Origin: Synergistales bacterium
GTDB taxonomy: Bacteria; Synergistota; Synergistia; Synergistales; JAFGMB01
Length of the DNA: 64,000 bases
NCBI GenBank assembly: GCA_963666205.1
Contig: OY762654.1
Span: forward strand, 928,001-992,000
Direction of reading: 5' to 3'
This document shows, piece by piece, positions 27,586 to 37,974 of this stretch. The notes under the pieces were generated by a model, which did no database searches, was not told the DNA's origin, and was given only the letters and a program-made list of their open reading frames with translations. Each line of letters starts with the position of its first letter. The stretch's first letter is position 1. The translations under genes and the position numbers were made by a program.

Positions 27586-28656
27586 TCATTCCACAAAAAG
27601 TTCCCTTATTATATCCTCCACATGTTCCATCTTTGAGCAGCGTGTAACGTTTGAACCACAGAAGAAAAGGCCTTCCTCCCAGTTCCCTTTCAGGGCATCC
27701 ACAAGGGCCTGGGCTATACAGAAGGTCTCTCGGGTCTTCTTGTACCGGCAGTGAGTAAGACAGTTGGCAATACAGGGTTTGCTTTCCACATGTCCCTCGA
27801 GGTAATCCCTGATGAAGGGATTCTTTATAGCCCGTCCAGGTAAACCTGCAGGACTATGTATAATGACCACATCATCTTCCGTTGCATCTATATATGCCTG
27901 TTTGAACCTGTCACTTGCATCGCCCTCGAAGGTACAGGCAAACCTGGTTCCCATCTGAACCCCCATGGCTCCAAGGCTGAAGGAATGTTCAACGTCTTTT
28001 CTATCCCATATTCCGCCTGCAGCTATGACCGGAATATCAAGTTTAAGTTCTTTTTCTATGTAATCGACCAGTTCGGGAACAACTGTTTCAAGGGAAAAAG
28101 CATCATCGTCCACCTGATCTGCCTTGGTAACTCCAAGATGGCCTCCTGCATATTTAGGTGTTTCAACAACAAACCCGTCAGGGATCCGCCCGTAAAGCTT
28201 TTCCCATCGCCTGACAATAAGATCTGCCGCTTTTCGGGAACTCACTATTGGAACAAGTGCAACATCCGGGAAATCCCTGGTGTAGTCAGGCAGCTTCAAA
28301 GGAAGGCCGGCACCGGATATAATTACATCCGTTCCTCCTTCACAGGCAGAACGTACATGGAGTTCATAATCAGTCAGGGCTACCATGCAGTTGACCGCAA
28401 GAACGCCCTCCGGTGCTATCTTTCTCGCCTTTTCAAGGGCATCCTTTACTGCCTGCTGATTAGCCTCAAAATAGTTTTTCCCGTTATAGAGCGGAGAACT
28501 TACTGCAAGGCCAACGCTGGCAATCGTTCCCACACCACCGTGAAGAGCCACTGTGCCGGATAGGACCGGACCTGATATACCTACACCCATGCCACCCTGT
28601 ATCAGGGGATATCTCGGCTGGTGTTTGCCAAGCCTTAAAACAGGTAATTTAAACAA
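27586..28656 (-). CDS. Nitronate monooxygenase-family FMN enzyme with C-terminal Cys cluster (FabX/UfaA/FabK-like)
   Basis: IQGGMGVGIS, SGAGLP, AGGHLG, AAGGI, QMGTRF, SPAGLPGRA, CIANCLTHC...FCI. Confidence 0.85.
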   Translation of the reverse strand: MFKLPVLRLGKHQPRYPLIQGGMGVGISGPVLSGTVALHGGVGTIASVGLAVSSPLYNGKNYFEANQQAVKDALEKARKIAPEGVLAVNCMVALTDYELHVRSACEGGTDVIISGAGLPLKLPDYTRDFPDVALVPIVSSRKAADLIVRRWEKLYGRIPDGFVVETPKYAGGHLGVTKADQVDDDAFSLETVVPELVDYIEKELKLDIPVIAAGGIWDRKDVEHSFSLGAMGVQMGTRFACTFEGDASDRFKQAYIDATEDDVVIIHSPAGLPGRAIKNPFIRDYLEGHVESKPCIANCLTHCRYKKTRETFCIAQALVDALKGNWEEGLFFCGSNVTRCSKMEHVEDIIRELFVE

Positions 28657-28878
28657 TAGTATCTCTCCTTCTCAAACCAGTTACGGAAAATAAATCAAAC
28701 TCGTGTATTATCTCATATTTTGTTAAATTGACAAAAAATACAGCATTTTCTTTATAACAGAGAATCTCTTTCATTTCAATTTTATGAATAGTATTTTCCG
28801 ATAATTCCTTTCCGTATAGGACCCTGGTCTGAAAAAGAAGAGGGGTCTTTTAAGGGACCCCTGAAGCATAAAGAAATA

Positions 28879-29097
28879 TCATTTTGTCAGAATAAGTTTC
28901 TGCCAGTCTCCGTGATCTTCTGTCTCAACTTTCCAGCCCTGCTTTCTTGCAAATCGGGCGACATTCTCCCTGGAAGTCACCGTATCAACATGGACTTCCA
29001 CACATCCGCCGGCCATTCCAGATATAACTTTGCGGGTCTCCAGTATTGGCTGGGGACATGAAAGACCTTTAGCATCAACAATTACGGTTTCACTCAT
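28879..29097 (-). CDS. TusA/SirA-family sulfurtransferase (YedF-like)
   Basis: DAKGLSCPQP motif, 72 aa. Confidence 0.9.
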   Translation of the reverse strand: MSETVIVDAKGLSCPQPILETRKVISGMAGGCVEVHVDTVTSRENVARFARKQGWKVETEDHGDWQKLILTK

Positions 29098-29109
29098 CCT
29101 GATCCCCTC

Positions 29110-30204
29110 CTAGTCAAATTTATCGCGCATCAGAAAACCTGTGGCAATGCAGAAAATCAGGCCTATCACAGTAGCAGCCGGGCCAAAAGCACCGGGACCA
29201 TTGGGAGAACTGGCAAGACTGAAATTGTGCGCAAAACCTGCACCTACAAGCATGCCCAGAACAAATATGGAAGAGTCTCCATCTCCTTCACCGCTCATGA
29301 TGAACTGTCTTCCAGGACAACCTCCTGCAAGGGTGAAACAGAGGCCCGCAAGGACCATGCCCATAAAGTTCCAGAGATGATCTGTATGAGCTACAGGTTG
29401 TCCTTCAAAACCCGGATTGAACTGGCCCAGTGCCAGATTTACGATAAATGCCACAACGATAAAAGCCATAACACCATTGAAAAGATGGGGGTCTTTGATC
29501 ATTACCAGATCCCGAATGGCACCGACTGTACAGAAACGGCTCCTCTGAGCCAGCCAGCCTACAAGAAGTCCTACAGCCAGGGCAAACATCCAGGGTGCAT
29601 AAGCCGCTCCCGGTCCCTTTTCTGAGAAGAAGACAGGACCGGCAGTCCCTCCCCCACCAAAGGTCGGTGCCATAAGCAACAGTACCATCAGAACGACCGC
29701 AGCGACAGGCATGATATAGCCTGCGCCTTTTTTCACCTCATATGATCTTCCCAGGTTGTATCCGTTCCAAAGGAACATGATACCAATGACGATCCCCGTG
29801 ATAAGGCCAAGAATACCAGGAATGGCATTCCAGTCACCGCCGGCAAGTCTCAGGTAAGCTCTCCAGGGACATCCCAGAAAGACCAGGGCTCCGATCATTG
29901 CAAAAAATCCGAGGAAGAACCTTACAAGAGGGGATGAACCCGTTCTTGGCAGGTATTCCCTGTAAATCAGGGCAGAAATAAATGAGCCCAGAATAAAACC
30001 AGCTATTTCAGGCCGGATATACTGTACTACCGCCGCGTGATGAAGACCAAGTGCTCCGGCAATATCCCTGGTAAAACATGCAACACATATCCCCATATTT
30101 CCCGGGTTCCCCAATTTCACAAGAAGTGCTGCCAGAGCCCCTACAATACCTCCGGTGATGATAGGTCCCCAGCGGGACATCAGTAATTCGTTAACTTTGC
30201 TCAA
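29110..30204 (-). CDS. yedE: YedE-family putative selenium/sulfur transporter
   Basis: GNPGNMGICVACF.RDIAGALGLH, QYIRPEI, GCPWR, QRSRFC, GGCPGRQ. Confidence 0.9.
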   Translation of the reverse strand: MSKVNELLMSRWGPIITGGIVGALAALLVKLGNPGNMGICVACFTRDIAGALGLHHAAVVQYIRPEIAGFILGSFISALIYREYLPRTGSSPLVRFFLGFFAMIGALVFLGCPWRAYLRLAGGDWNAIPGILGLITGIVIGIMFLWNGYNLGRSYEVKKGAGYIMPVAAVVLMVLLLMAPTFGGGGTAGPVFFSEKGPGAAYAPWMFALAVGLLVGWLAQRSRFCTVGAIRDLVMIKDPHLFNGVMAFIVVAFIVNLALGQFNPGFEGQPVAHTDHLWNFMGMVLAGLCFTLAGGCPGRQFIMSGEGDGDSSIFVLGMLVGAGFAHNFSLASSPNGPGAFGPAATVIGLIFCIATGFLMRDKFD

Positions 30205-30343
30205 CTACTTTCACCTCTTTCTCAAGTTTTGATGTGCACGGATAAGATCATGGAAATACCGTACATAACTGATTCTTCCCTTAAACCTCGGGTAAACATA
30301 CAAAAATTCAGGAATAATCCTTTAATTGAACTATTCCTGAATT

Positions 30344-30391
30344 TAATAATAATTATAACCAAATATGATTATTTTTCAATAATAATTATCT
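30344..30391. promoter_or_regulatory. Two Fur/PerR-family 7-1-7-like boxes upstream of yedE
   Basis: TAATAATAATTATAA (30344-30358) and CAATAATAATTATCT (30377-30391), 33 bp apart. Confidence 0.4.
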
Positions 30392-30431
30392 CAAATGGAT
30401 CGCCAGAGGAGGAAGAGCTTGGATAAAGGTT

Positions 30432-30460
30432 AAAAAAATGAGAGGCAGGATCTGCCTCTC
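30432..30460 (-). terminator. Terminator after the HD-domain gene
   Basis: gagaggcag/ctgcctctc stem with nearby T run on the minus strand. Confidence 0.6.
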
Positions 30461-30468
30461 GGGAATAT

Positions 30469-31254
30469 TCATGAAAAAGTGTTCCGGTGAATCCTTTCCT
30501 GTACCATCTCAAAGACCGGTGCGGAAGCAGTGTCAGATGAAAGCTGTTCCCTGAGCCAGTCTAATGTGCCATTAGCTTTCAGTATCCTGAAGCTGGGCTC
30601 ATAATTAAGATCAAGTATCCAGGTGGTCTGAACCATGAGAAAATCCAGAAGCGTGGAAACATTCGAGTAGGAAGCACTCCCCTTCTGCTCGATCTCTCTG
30701 ACCAGCCCTTCTGAAACCTTTTCTTCCAGGCTTATTCCCGGAAGAAGATCCTTTACCCTGTCTGTGGAAACATGTTCCCTTACTACTTCAAAGACATCCA
30801 GTTTGTCCGCATCCCTGACAATTTTCAGATAGGGAAGGATCTCTTCATCCATTCCCTCAGGGATAATCTTCTTATTATGGTACTTGACGGATGACAGGAT
30901 CTTTGAGGGCAAGGGTTCATCGAAATATTCCCATGGAAAATCTTTGACAAGCACTTCATGTCCAAGATCTCCGTGATCAACAGAAGAAGGGTCATAAAAT
31001 GTTCCATACTCTGTGTACTGGGGAAAACGCCCCACATCATGAAGAAGTCCTATCGCCTGAGAACTTCGGATATCACGATCTGCCCATTCCATTTCTCCGG
31101 CAATCCGGGAAGCCAGTTTTTCTACCCGGAATGAATGTTCATATTTCACCTGCAGCAAGGGCACAAATATCATGCCTTCGCCGGCGAAAGAATGGGAATA
31201 ACTATCAAACCACTGTCTGGAAATACTGAGTTGAAGGCTGTTCAATACTATCAT
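30469..31254 (-). CDS. HD-domain metal-dependent phosphohydrolase
   Basis: KYEHS.RV, LLHDVGRF.Q, SVDHG, YHN, RDADKLD. Confidence 0.88.
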   Translation of the reverse strand: MIVLNSLQLSISRQWFDSYSHSFAGEGMIFVPLLQVKYEHSFRVEKLASRIAGEMEWADRDIRSSQAIGLLHDVGRFPQYTEYGTFYDPSSVDHGDLGHEVLVKDFPWEYFDEPLPSKILSSVKYHNKKIIPEGMDEEILPYLKIVRDADKLDVFEVVREHVSTDRVKDLLPGISLEEKVSEGLVREIEQKGSASYSNVSTLLDFLMVQTTWILDLNYEPSFRILKANGTLDWLREQLSSDTASAPVFEMVQERIHRNTFS

Positions 31255-31636
31255 TTCCTTTCCTGATACATTTCAGCTGTCAGAGAAGTCAAGGCTGGAA
31301 TTAATCCGGTATGTCCGGATATGACGTCCTTCCAGCATCATTCCTCTACAGGATCTGCAGAGATCCTGTACTCCTCTTCCGAAGGTGAAATTACAGGCAA
31401 TACTTAACTCAAAAACCATTCTTTGTAAAGGCCTGTCAATTTGGTCTCCGTACATTTGCAGAGGACCATTCCTGATATCCTGTATTCCAGGATAAATATC
31501 CGATATTTCCCTCTCTTCGGGATATGGGCAGCTTTTGTAGAGATTTTGTACAGGATTGAAACACTGATAGATAAGCTAATTTGTGGTATCCTATTGCTCA
31601 GGTAACTTCTTAATATTTTAAAAAGAGGTGATCAGG

Positions 31637-32764
31637 ATGGCTACTGCATGGAAAGTAAGATCAATCCTGTTACTTATAGTTGCTGTTTTGTCAGTGGTTT
31701 TTTTCGCCCGGGGAAATGCATATGCAGAAAGTCCCATGTTCAGAGTGAACAGCGCTCAGACTGGACGATATGATAACAGCCCTCCGCCGTCCCAGGGTAA
31801 GATCAAATGGATTTTTGAAGCGGATACCGGAATATCCGGATCCCCCTGCTATTCTGATGGACAGGTCTACTTCGGTGATTCCCTAGGAATTGTCTATGCA
31901 CTTGGAAGCGAGAATGGCAACCTGATATGGAAATATGATACAGGTAACTCCATATATGGAGCACCTGCAATAAAGGGGAACAGACTTTACCTTGGGAATA
32001 CGGCAGGCAGGCTGGTATGCCTTAATGCCGGCACCGGAGAGCTGATATGGCAATTCTCGGCAGGTACAGAGATCAATACCGGAGCTATTCATTCATCTCC
32101 GGCTCTCCTCGACGAATATATCTATTTTACAAGTGCTGACGGAAATCTATATGCCCTTGACAGTACAACGGGGAAAAAGATCTGGACCTTTGGAACTGGA
32201 AGAGAAGTGAGATGTTCTCCGGTGGTCCACGAAGGTCTTGTCTATTTTGGAGACCATACCTGGAAATTTCACGCCCTTGACGGGAAAACAGGCAAAAAGA
32301 TCTGGGGAGGTGGGGCAGGAGGCCCCATTGATGCTTCCCCTTCAATTTCCGGTAACAGTATCTACTTTGGAGGATGGGACGGAACCCTGTACGCAACAAA
32401 GTTAAGGGGAGTGATCCCATCATGGCGTTTCAATACCGGATCCGAGATCACAACCTCCCCCGCTGTAATAGCTGACAGGATATTTGTGGGTACTGTAAGC
32501 GGAGATCTTATATCCATAGAAGCGAGTATGGGCAGGGAGATCTGGAGATTCCACTCGGAAGGAGGGATACATGCTTCCCCCGCACTCACAGAAAACACTG
32601 TATTTATGGGCAGTTCAAACGGAAATCTCTACGCTATCGATGTAAGGAGCGGAGAGAGCCTGTGGAGCATATCCACAGGACGGGAGATCCTGTCATCTCC
32701 AATAATTGTTTCGGGTATCCTGTTTTTCGGCAGTATGGATGGAAGATTTTATGCAGTCAGATAA
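31637..32764 (+). CDS. Secreted PQQ-binding-like beta-propeller repeat protein (BamB-like repeats)
   Basis: Signal peptide ending AYA; about 8 repeats of SP..(V/I)YFG..G.LYA.D..TG..(I/L)W.F. Confidence 0.88.
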   Translation: MATAWKVRSILLLIVAVLSVVFFARGNAYAESPMFRVNSAQTGRYDNSPPPSQGKIKWIFEADTGISGSPCYSDGQVYFGDSLGIVYALGSENGNLIWKYDTGNSIYGAPAIKGNRLYLGNTAGRLVCLNAGTGELIWQFSAGTEINTGAIHSSPALLDEYIYFTSADGNLYALDSTTGKKIWTFGTGREVRCSPVVHEGLVYFGDHTWKFHALDGKTGKKIWGGGAGGPIDASPSISGNSIYFGGWDGTLYATKLRGVIPSWRFNTGSEITTSPAVIADRIFVGTVSGDLISIEASMGREIWRFHSEGGIHASPALTENTVFMGSSNGNLYAIDVRSGESLWSISTGREILSSPIIVSGILFFGSMDGRFYAVR

Positions 32765-33032
32765 AATATCCCCTTACCAGGAACAGATGCCTTTTAATTC
32801 TTGATCTTAAAGGAAATATAACCAGGCATCAGACTTATTAAAACTTATTGCCGGGAAGAAGGAGTGGCCTGTTAATTACAAAAACTGCATAAACATAAAT
32901 AAAGGATTTCTTCATCCGGATAAAGGGCTATTTTGATGAAAATATATTAAAATAATTTTCAGATACTGGAAAGATGATGATTCCTGATTCGATCTGCCCC
33001 CTTCTATGCCTTTGAAAGAGGTGATCCATGTT

Positions 33033-33845
33033 ATGGATTGGTATTTCCCTACAGAACTGAAGGAAGTGCCCCCACTCCTTAAAAAAGAAGGGGTAGTTCC
33101 CCACGGTGGAGGAACTGGCCTCTTAAGGACCGGCCTCAGCAGGTTAAAGGGCCTGGTGGATCTCTCGGAACTGAACCTGGATACGATTGAAGAGAAAGAT
33201 GGTTCCATCATTCTCGGATCCTCCAGCACCTATTCCATGATCTGCAGGGCCCTGGTGCAGAAAGATCCCGGATCCATACTAACCAGGGCACTATCCATAG
33301 CTGCTTCAACTCCTCTCAGGAACAGGATAACCCTGGGCGGAAGCATAGCGTCCTTCCCTATATGGTCAGACCTGATGGGCCCCCTCATAGCTCTCGGATC
33401 TCAGGTAACTATTCTGGAAGAAACTGAAATAAAACACCCCGTAGAGCACCTCGCAGCGAACAGAGAGTTACTTGGGGGGAGTCTCATAACCGGAATAGAA
33501 TACAAAAAAGAATGGTCTTTAAGCTGGTATCACCGTCATACAAGGGTTGCCTTTGACTACCCCCTCTTTACCCTGACCATCCTGTTAAAGATAGAGACTG
33601 GAATGATAACGGATTCCAGAATAGTAGTTACAGGTACCAGGAACAGGTTCACCAGGATCTATGAACTTGAAACCCTGCTTGCAGGACACTCGGCAGATTC
33701 TCCAGACCCGGCTGAACTGGTGGAGAAAGTGCCGGAACTTCAATTCCCCGAAAGAAAGACAGCATCTGCAGAACAGCTGAACTACCTCCTCAGAATATGG
33801 CTGAAGCGAGGTATCAGGGAGATCACCGGGGGGGAGAGAACATGA
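33033..33845 (+). CDS. Molybdenum hydroxylase FAD-binding subunit (CoxM/YgfM-like)
   Basis: HGGGTGL, LRNRITLGGSI; operon context. Confidence 0.82.
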   Translation: MDWYFPTELKEVPPLLKKEGVVPHGGGTGLLRTGLSRLKGLVDLSELNLDTIEEKDGSIILGSSSTYSMICRALVQKDPGSILTRALSIAASTPLRNRITLGGSIASFPIWSDLMGPLIALGSQVTILEETEIKHPVEHLAANRELLGGSLITGIEYKKEWSLSWYHRHTRVAFDYPLFTLTILLKIETGMITDSRIVVTGTRNRFTRIYELETLLAGHSADSPDPAELVEKVPELQFPERKTASAEQLNYLLRIWLKRGIREITGGERT

Positions 33846-34309
33846 AAGATATTTTCATGGTAAATGGCCAGAGAATGGAGTATGAATTTGATGAGCCTGA
33901 TGTACTCCTTGATGTCCTGAGAAATAACGGTCACTATGAGGTTAAGAAGGGCTGCGGTGAGGGTGAATGCGGAGCCTGCGCAATTCTCCTTGACGGTATC
34001 CTGGTCAATTCCTGTCAGGTACTTGCCGCTTCTGTAAGAGGAAAAGAGATAACTACGGTCAGGGGCCTGGGAAATGTTCATGAACCCCACCCCCTGCAGG
34101 AAGCTTTTGCTGATGCAGGCGCTATTCAATGCGGTTTCTGCACACCCGGAATGATACTTGCTTCCTATGCCCTTTTGAACGAGAATCCCCATCCCTCAGA
34201 CGACGAAATTAAACAGGCCCTGGACGGGAACATCTGCCGATGTACCGGATACGTCAAGATCTTTGAGGCAGTGAGACTTGCTGCGGAGAGGATGGGGGAA
34301 AATGTCTGA
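33842..34309 (+). CDS. Molybdenum hydroxylase [2Fe-2S] subunit
   Basis: GCGEGECGAC, NSC, QCGFCTPG, NICRCTGY. Confidence 0.92.
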   Translation: MKDIFMVNGQRMEYEFDEPDVLLDVLRNNGHYEVKKGCGEGECGACAILLDGILVNSCQVLAASVRGKEITTVRGLGNVHEPHPLQEAFADAGAIQCGFCTPGMILASYALLNENPHPSDDEIKQALDGNICRCTGYVKIFEAVRLAAERMGENV

Positions 34310-36620
34310 ACTGAAGAACGTGGGGAAATCTGTCAGAAAAGTGGATGCCTTCTCCATTGCAGCAGGAAGGGCTCTTTATACCGACGATTTTCCCCTGGAG
34401 AACCCCCTTGATCTGATGCTTCTCCATTCTCCCTATGCCCATGCCGAGATAACTGCCATAAACACATCAGAGGCTGAACTGGTAGACGGTGTGGTCGATA
34501 TCCTCACCTGCGAGAATACTCCTGATACTCTATATACAACTGCAGGACAGGGATATCCTGAACCATCCCCTTACGACTACCGCATGTTCGACAGAAAGGT
34601 CAGGTTCATTGGGGACCGTGTAGCCCTGGTTGCAGCGGAAACACCCGAAGCAGCTCGAAAAGCCCTTACAATGATCCAGGTGAAATATCGGGAACTGGAA
34701 GCTGTCTTTGATCCGGAAAAATCCATGGAACCCCTTGCCCCTAAACTTCATGGTAACGATGCCTATACCCCTCTTCCTGTAAAATACGATCCCCTTAGAA
34801 ACCTCGCTGCAGAGGTGGAACTGGGTTTCGGAGATATGGTAAAAGGATTTTCTGAAGCAGATATGGTCGAGGACAACATCTATCACACCCATTTTGCTTC
34901 CCACTGTGCCATGGAACCCCATGCCACAAAGGCCTATTTCGACGAAAAGGGACGGCTCGTCGTGATAACCTCCACCCAGGTCCCCTTCCATGTCAGAAGG
35001 ACCATCGCCAGGGTCCTCGACATCCCTCTCCGGTCCATCCGGGTTGTAAAACCGCGAATAGGAGGAGGGTTCGGGGGAAAACAGGAGATAATCCTTGAAC
35101 CCATGGCGGCCTATGTAGCATGGAAACATAAAAGGTCCGTCAGATTCGTCCTTTCCAGAAAAGAGGTATTCACCTTCTGCCGCACGAGACATCCATTCCG
35201 TATCCGTTTCAGAACAGGATACCGTAAAGATGGCACCATCACTGCCATGGATGTGGACGCCCTTATGAATTCAGGAGCTTACGGAGCTCACGCTCTGACC
35301 GTTCTTTCAAATTCAGGTTCAAAAATGCTTCCCCTGTTCAACAGGATCGAAAATGTCCATTTCCTCGGAAGGACTGTTTACACGAACACTCCCGTAGGAG
35401 GAGCATACAGGGGATACGGTGCCACCCAGGCATATTTTGGTTTTAACCAGCAGATCGACATCATAGCAAGAAAGACCGGCCAGGATATACTTGATTTTGC
35501 AAAAAAATGGCATATCAGAAAAGGAGAAACATCGGAAGTCTTCAGGATCCTTGGAGAAGGCAAGGAAGGAGTTGAACAGTATATCGGTTCATGCAGACTT
35601 GACGAATGCATAGACAGAGGCTCTGAAAAGATCCGTTGGTATGAGCGGCGGGACCTTCATTTTTCACCAGCTCCCGAAAAGATCCGGGGGGTCGGGATGG
35701 CCATCTCCATGCAGGGTTCGGCAATACCCCTCATCGATATGGCAAGCGCTTCCATGAAAATGAATGAGGATGCCTCTTTTAATCTTCATGTCGGCGCGAC
35801 CGATCTGGGTACAGGCTCAGACACAGTCCTTTCGCAGATCGCCGCAGAGGTTCTGGGCGTATCTACGGAAAAGATCATCATCCTCTCCTCGGACACAGAT
35901 CTTACTCCCTTTGATGTGGGTGCCTATGCTTCATCCACCACATATCTTTCAGGAAAGGCCGTGGAGAAATGCGCCTTGAACATCCGGGAACAGATCCTCT
36001 CCACAGCTTCCCGGATCATGGAAATCCCCGCGGATGAACTTCTTTACGGAGAAGGCAGGATAACAGATCGCAGTGGATCCAGGGAAGTAAGCCTTGAAGA
36101 AGTCTGTCTCCATGCTCTTTACACAAAGGATCAGTACCAGATCCAGTCATGTGCATCCCATGTGGCCAGTGAATCCCCTCCTCCCTTCATGGCGCAGTTC
36201 GCAGAAGTTGAGGTGGATATCCAGACAGGGGAAGTCAGGGTCATAAAATTTGTATCCGCCGTTGACTGCGGCAGGGCAATAAATCCCCGCCTGGCTGAAG
36301 GACAGGTAGAAGGGGCAACTATCAACGGGATCAGCTACGCCCTTCATGAAAATTATATTTTCAACGGGAAGGGAAGGATGATGAACGATTCATTCTGGGA
36401 TTACAAGATATTCACTGCACCGGATATACCTGAAATACATACAATAGTTGTGGATTCCGAGGAACAGACCGGCCCATATGGAGCCAAATCTGTTTCAGAA
36501 ATAGGTCTGAACGGACCTGCACCAGCCATAGCTAATGCCATTTATGATGCCATTGGGATAAGATTGTTCAAAACGCCCTTCACTCCAGACAAAATACTCA
36601 GGGAACTGAAAAAACTATAG
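34302..36620 (+). CDS. Xanthine dehydrogenase-family molybdopterin-binding subunit (XdhD-like)
   Basis: STQVPFH, GGGFGGKQE, AYRGYGATQ, GAYASSTT, GQVEG, GAKSVSE. Confidence 0.9.
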   Translation: MSELKNVGKSVRKVDAFSIAAGRALYTDDFPLENPLDLMLLHSPYAHAEITAINTSEAELVDGVVDILTCENTPDTLYTTAGQGYPEPSPYDYRMFDRKVRFIGDRVALVAAETPEAARKALTMIQVKYRELEAVFDPEKSMEPLAPKLHGNDAYTPLPVKYDPLRNLAAEVELGFGDMVKGFSEADMVEDNIYHTHFASHCAMEPHATKAYFDEKGRLVVITSTQVPFHVRRTIARVLDIPLRSIRVVKPRIGGGFGGKQEIILEPMAAYVAWKHKRSVRFVLSRKEVFTFCRTRHPFRIRFRTGYRKDGTITAMDVDALMNSGAYGAHALTVLSNSGSKMLPLFNRIENVHFLGRTVYTNTPVGGAYRGYGATQAYFGFNQQIDIIARKTGQDILDFAKKWHIRKGETSEVFRILGEGKEGVEQYIGSCRLDECIDRGSEKIRWYERRDLHFSPAPEKIRGVGMAISMQGSAIPLIDMASASMKMNEDASFNLHVGATDLGTGSDTVLSQIAAEVLGVSTEKIIILSSDTDLTPFDVGAYASSTTYLSGKAVEKCALNIREQILSTASRIMEIPADELLYGEGRITDRSGSREVSLEEVCLHALYTKDQYQIQSCASHVASESPPPFMAQFAEVEVDIQTGEVRVIKFVSAVDCGRAINPRLAEGQVEGATINGISYALHENYIFNGKGRMMNDSFWDYKIFTAPDIPEIHTIVVDSEEQTGPYGAKSVSEIGLNGPAPAIANAIYDAIGIRLFKTPFTPDKILRELKKL

Positions 36621-36638
36621 TCAGGAAAGGTCCAGCCC

Positions 36639-37937
36639 ATGGAAAATATGGATAAATTCTATCTGACCCACGGCACTATCACTGACGGTAATTCCCTTTT
36701 CATTGAAGACGGTGCAATGCAGATCGATAATGGAAAGATGACCTGGATCGGTCCGGAAAAGGAGATGGAAGATCCGCAGGGATTTGAAATAGACATGGGA
36801 GGACGGATGCTGATACCTGGACTGATCAACCCCCACCACCACCTTTACTCATATTTTGCCACAGGCCTTGCACCCTGCGGGGAAACTGGAACCTTTCTCC
36901 AGATCCTGGAAAATCTCTGGTGGCATCTTGACCGCAACCTGGATGCGGAAAGTATTTACTATTCAGCCCTTGCCGCCGTAATGGATGCTGTCAGATACGG
37001 CATTACCACTATTTTTGACCACCATGCGTCCATGTCCCGGGTATCCGGAAGCCTTTCCACCCTTGGCAAAGCCTTTGATGAAGTGGGGATAAGGGGACTC
37101 CTGTGCTATGAAACTTCAGATCGTAATGGAGACCTGGAGGTAGCAAAGCATATCAGGGAAAACATCGACTTCTGGGAACAGCATAAAGATTCGGACAATC
37201 TTAAAGGCTGTTTCGGCCTTCATGCCAATCTCACTCTCTGCGAGGAAACCATGGAGGTAATTGCAGGAATGAAACCACCCGGAATGCCCATCCATATTCA
37301 CTGCGGAGAAGCAGAGGAAGATCTGGATTACTGTGTGGAACTCGGCTACACGGGCCCCGTGGACAGGCTTTATTCTCATGGGCTTCTCGATGAAAGGTCC
37401 ATACTGGCACATGCTGTACATCTTTCCAATAAGGACCTGGAAATACTTCAAGAAATTTCACCAGTCGTAGTGAGTCTCCCCGAATCAAACGCAAATAACC
37501 GTGTGGGATCCATGAACAGGGAGAAGTTAAGTTCTTTCGTTCTGGGAACAGATGGAATGGGCTGTGACATGATCCAGACCCTCAGATCATATTATCTCCT
37601 GGGAAATGGAAACCAGGAATCCTTTGAGGAAATGAGAAAACTCTTTTTTGACCGTCCCATAAAGGTTCTGAACCTTTATTTTCCAGGAATGGGGACCCTG
37701 GAGCCCGGAAATACAGCAGACCTGGCCATACTTAACTATATACCACTCTCCCCTGTTTCAAGGGAAAATGTGATCTCCCATCTTATCTTCGGAGCCCGCT
37801 CGGCCAGATCATGGATGACCATTTCAAGGGGAAGGATAATCTGGAGGGAGGAACATTTCCCCTTCCTGAACGAGAAAGAGATCCTTATCAATACAAAAAA
37901 AGCAGTAAAAGCTCTCCATAAAAGATTTATGACCTGA
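36639..37937 (+). CDS. ssnA: SsnA-like metal-dependent amidohydrolase
   Basis: PGLINPHHHLYS, ILENLWW.LD, DHHAS, CYETSDR, GLHA, HIHCGE, GTDG. Confidence 0.8.
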   Translation: MENMDKFYLTHGTITDGNSLFIEDGAMQIDNGKMTWIGPEKEMEDPQGFEIDMGGRMLIPGLINPHHHLYSYFATGLAPCGETGTFLQILENLWWHLDRNLDAESIYYSALAAVMDAVRYGITTIFDHHASMSRVSGSLSTLGKAFDEVGIRGLLCYETSDRNGDLEVAKHIRENIDFWEQHKDSDNLKGCFGLHANLTLCEETMEVIAGMKPPGMPIHIHCGEAEEDLDYCVELGYTGPVDRLYSHGLLDERSILAHAVHLSNKDLEILQEISPVVVSLPESNANNRVGSMNREKLSSFVLGTDGMGCDMIQTLRSYYLLGNGNQESFEEMRKLFFDRPIKVLNLYFPGMGTLEPGNTADLAILNYIPLSPVSRENVISHLIFGARSARSWMTISRGRIIWREEHFPFLNEKEILINTKKAVKALHKRFMT

Positions 37938-37974
37938 TCTGAATAATAGCTGTATCAAGGGAGGGAAAACTATC

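Noticed and set aside
31255-31627. 60-aa ORF and a TACAGGATCT/AGATCCTGTA hairpin in the HD/PQQ divergent gap
   Set aside because: The ORF has no RBS or motif, and a lone hairpin cannot be assigned a function
32864-32880. Sigma54-like promoter (TGGCCT-N5-TTAC) upstream of the Mo-hydroxylase operon
   Set aside because: The -12 element lacks the conserved GC
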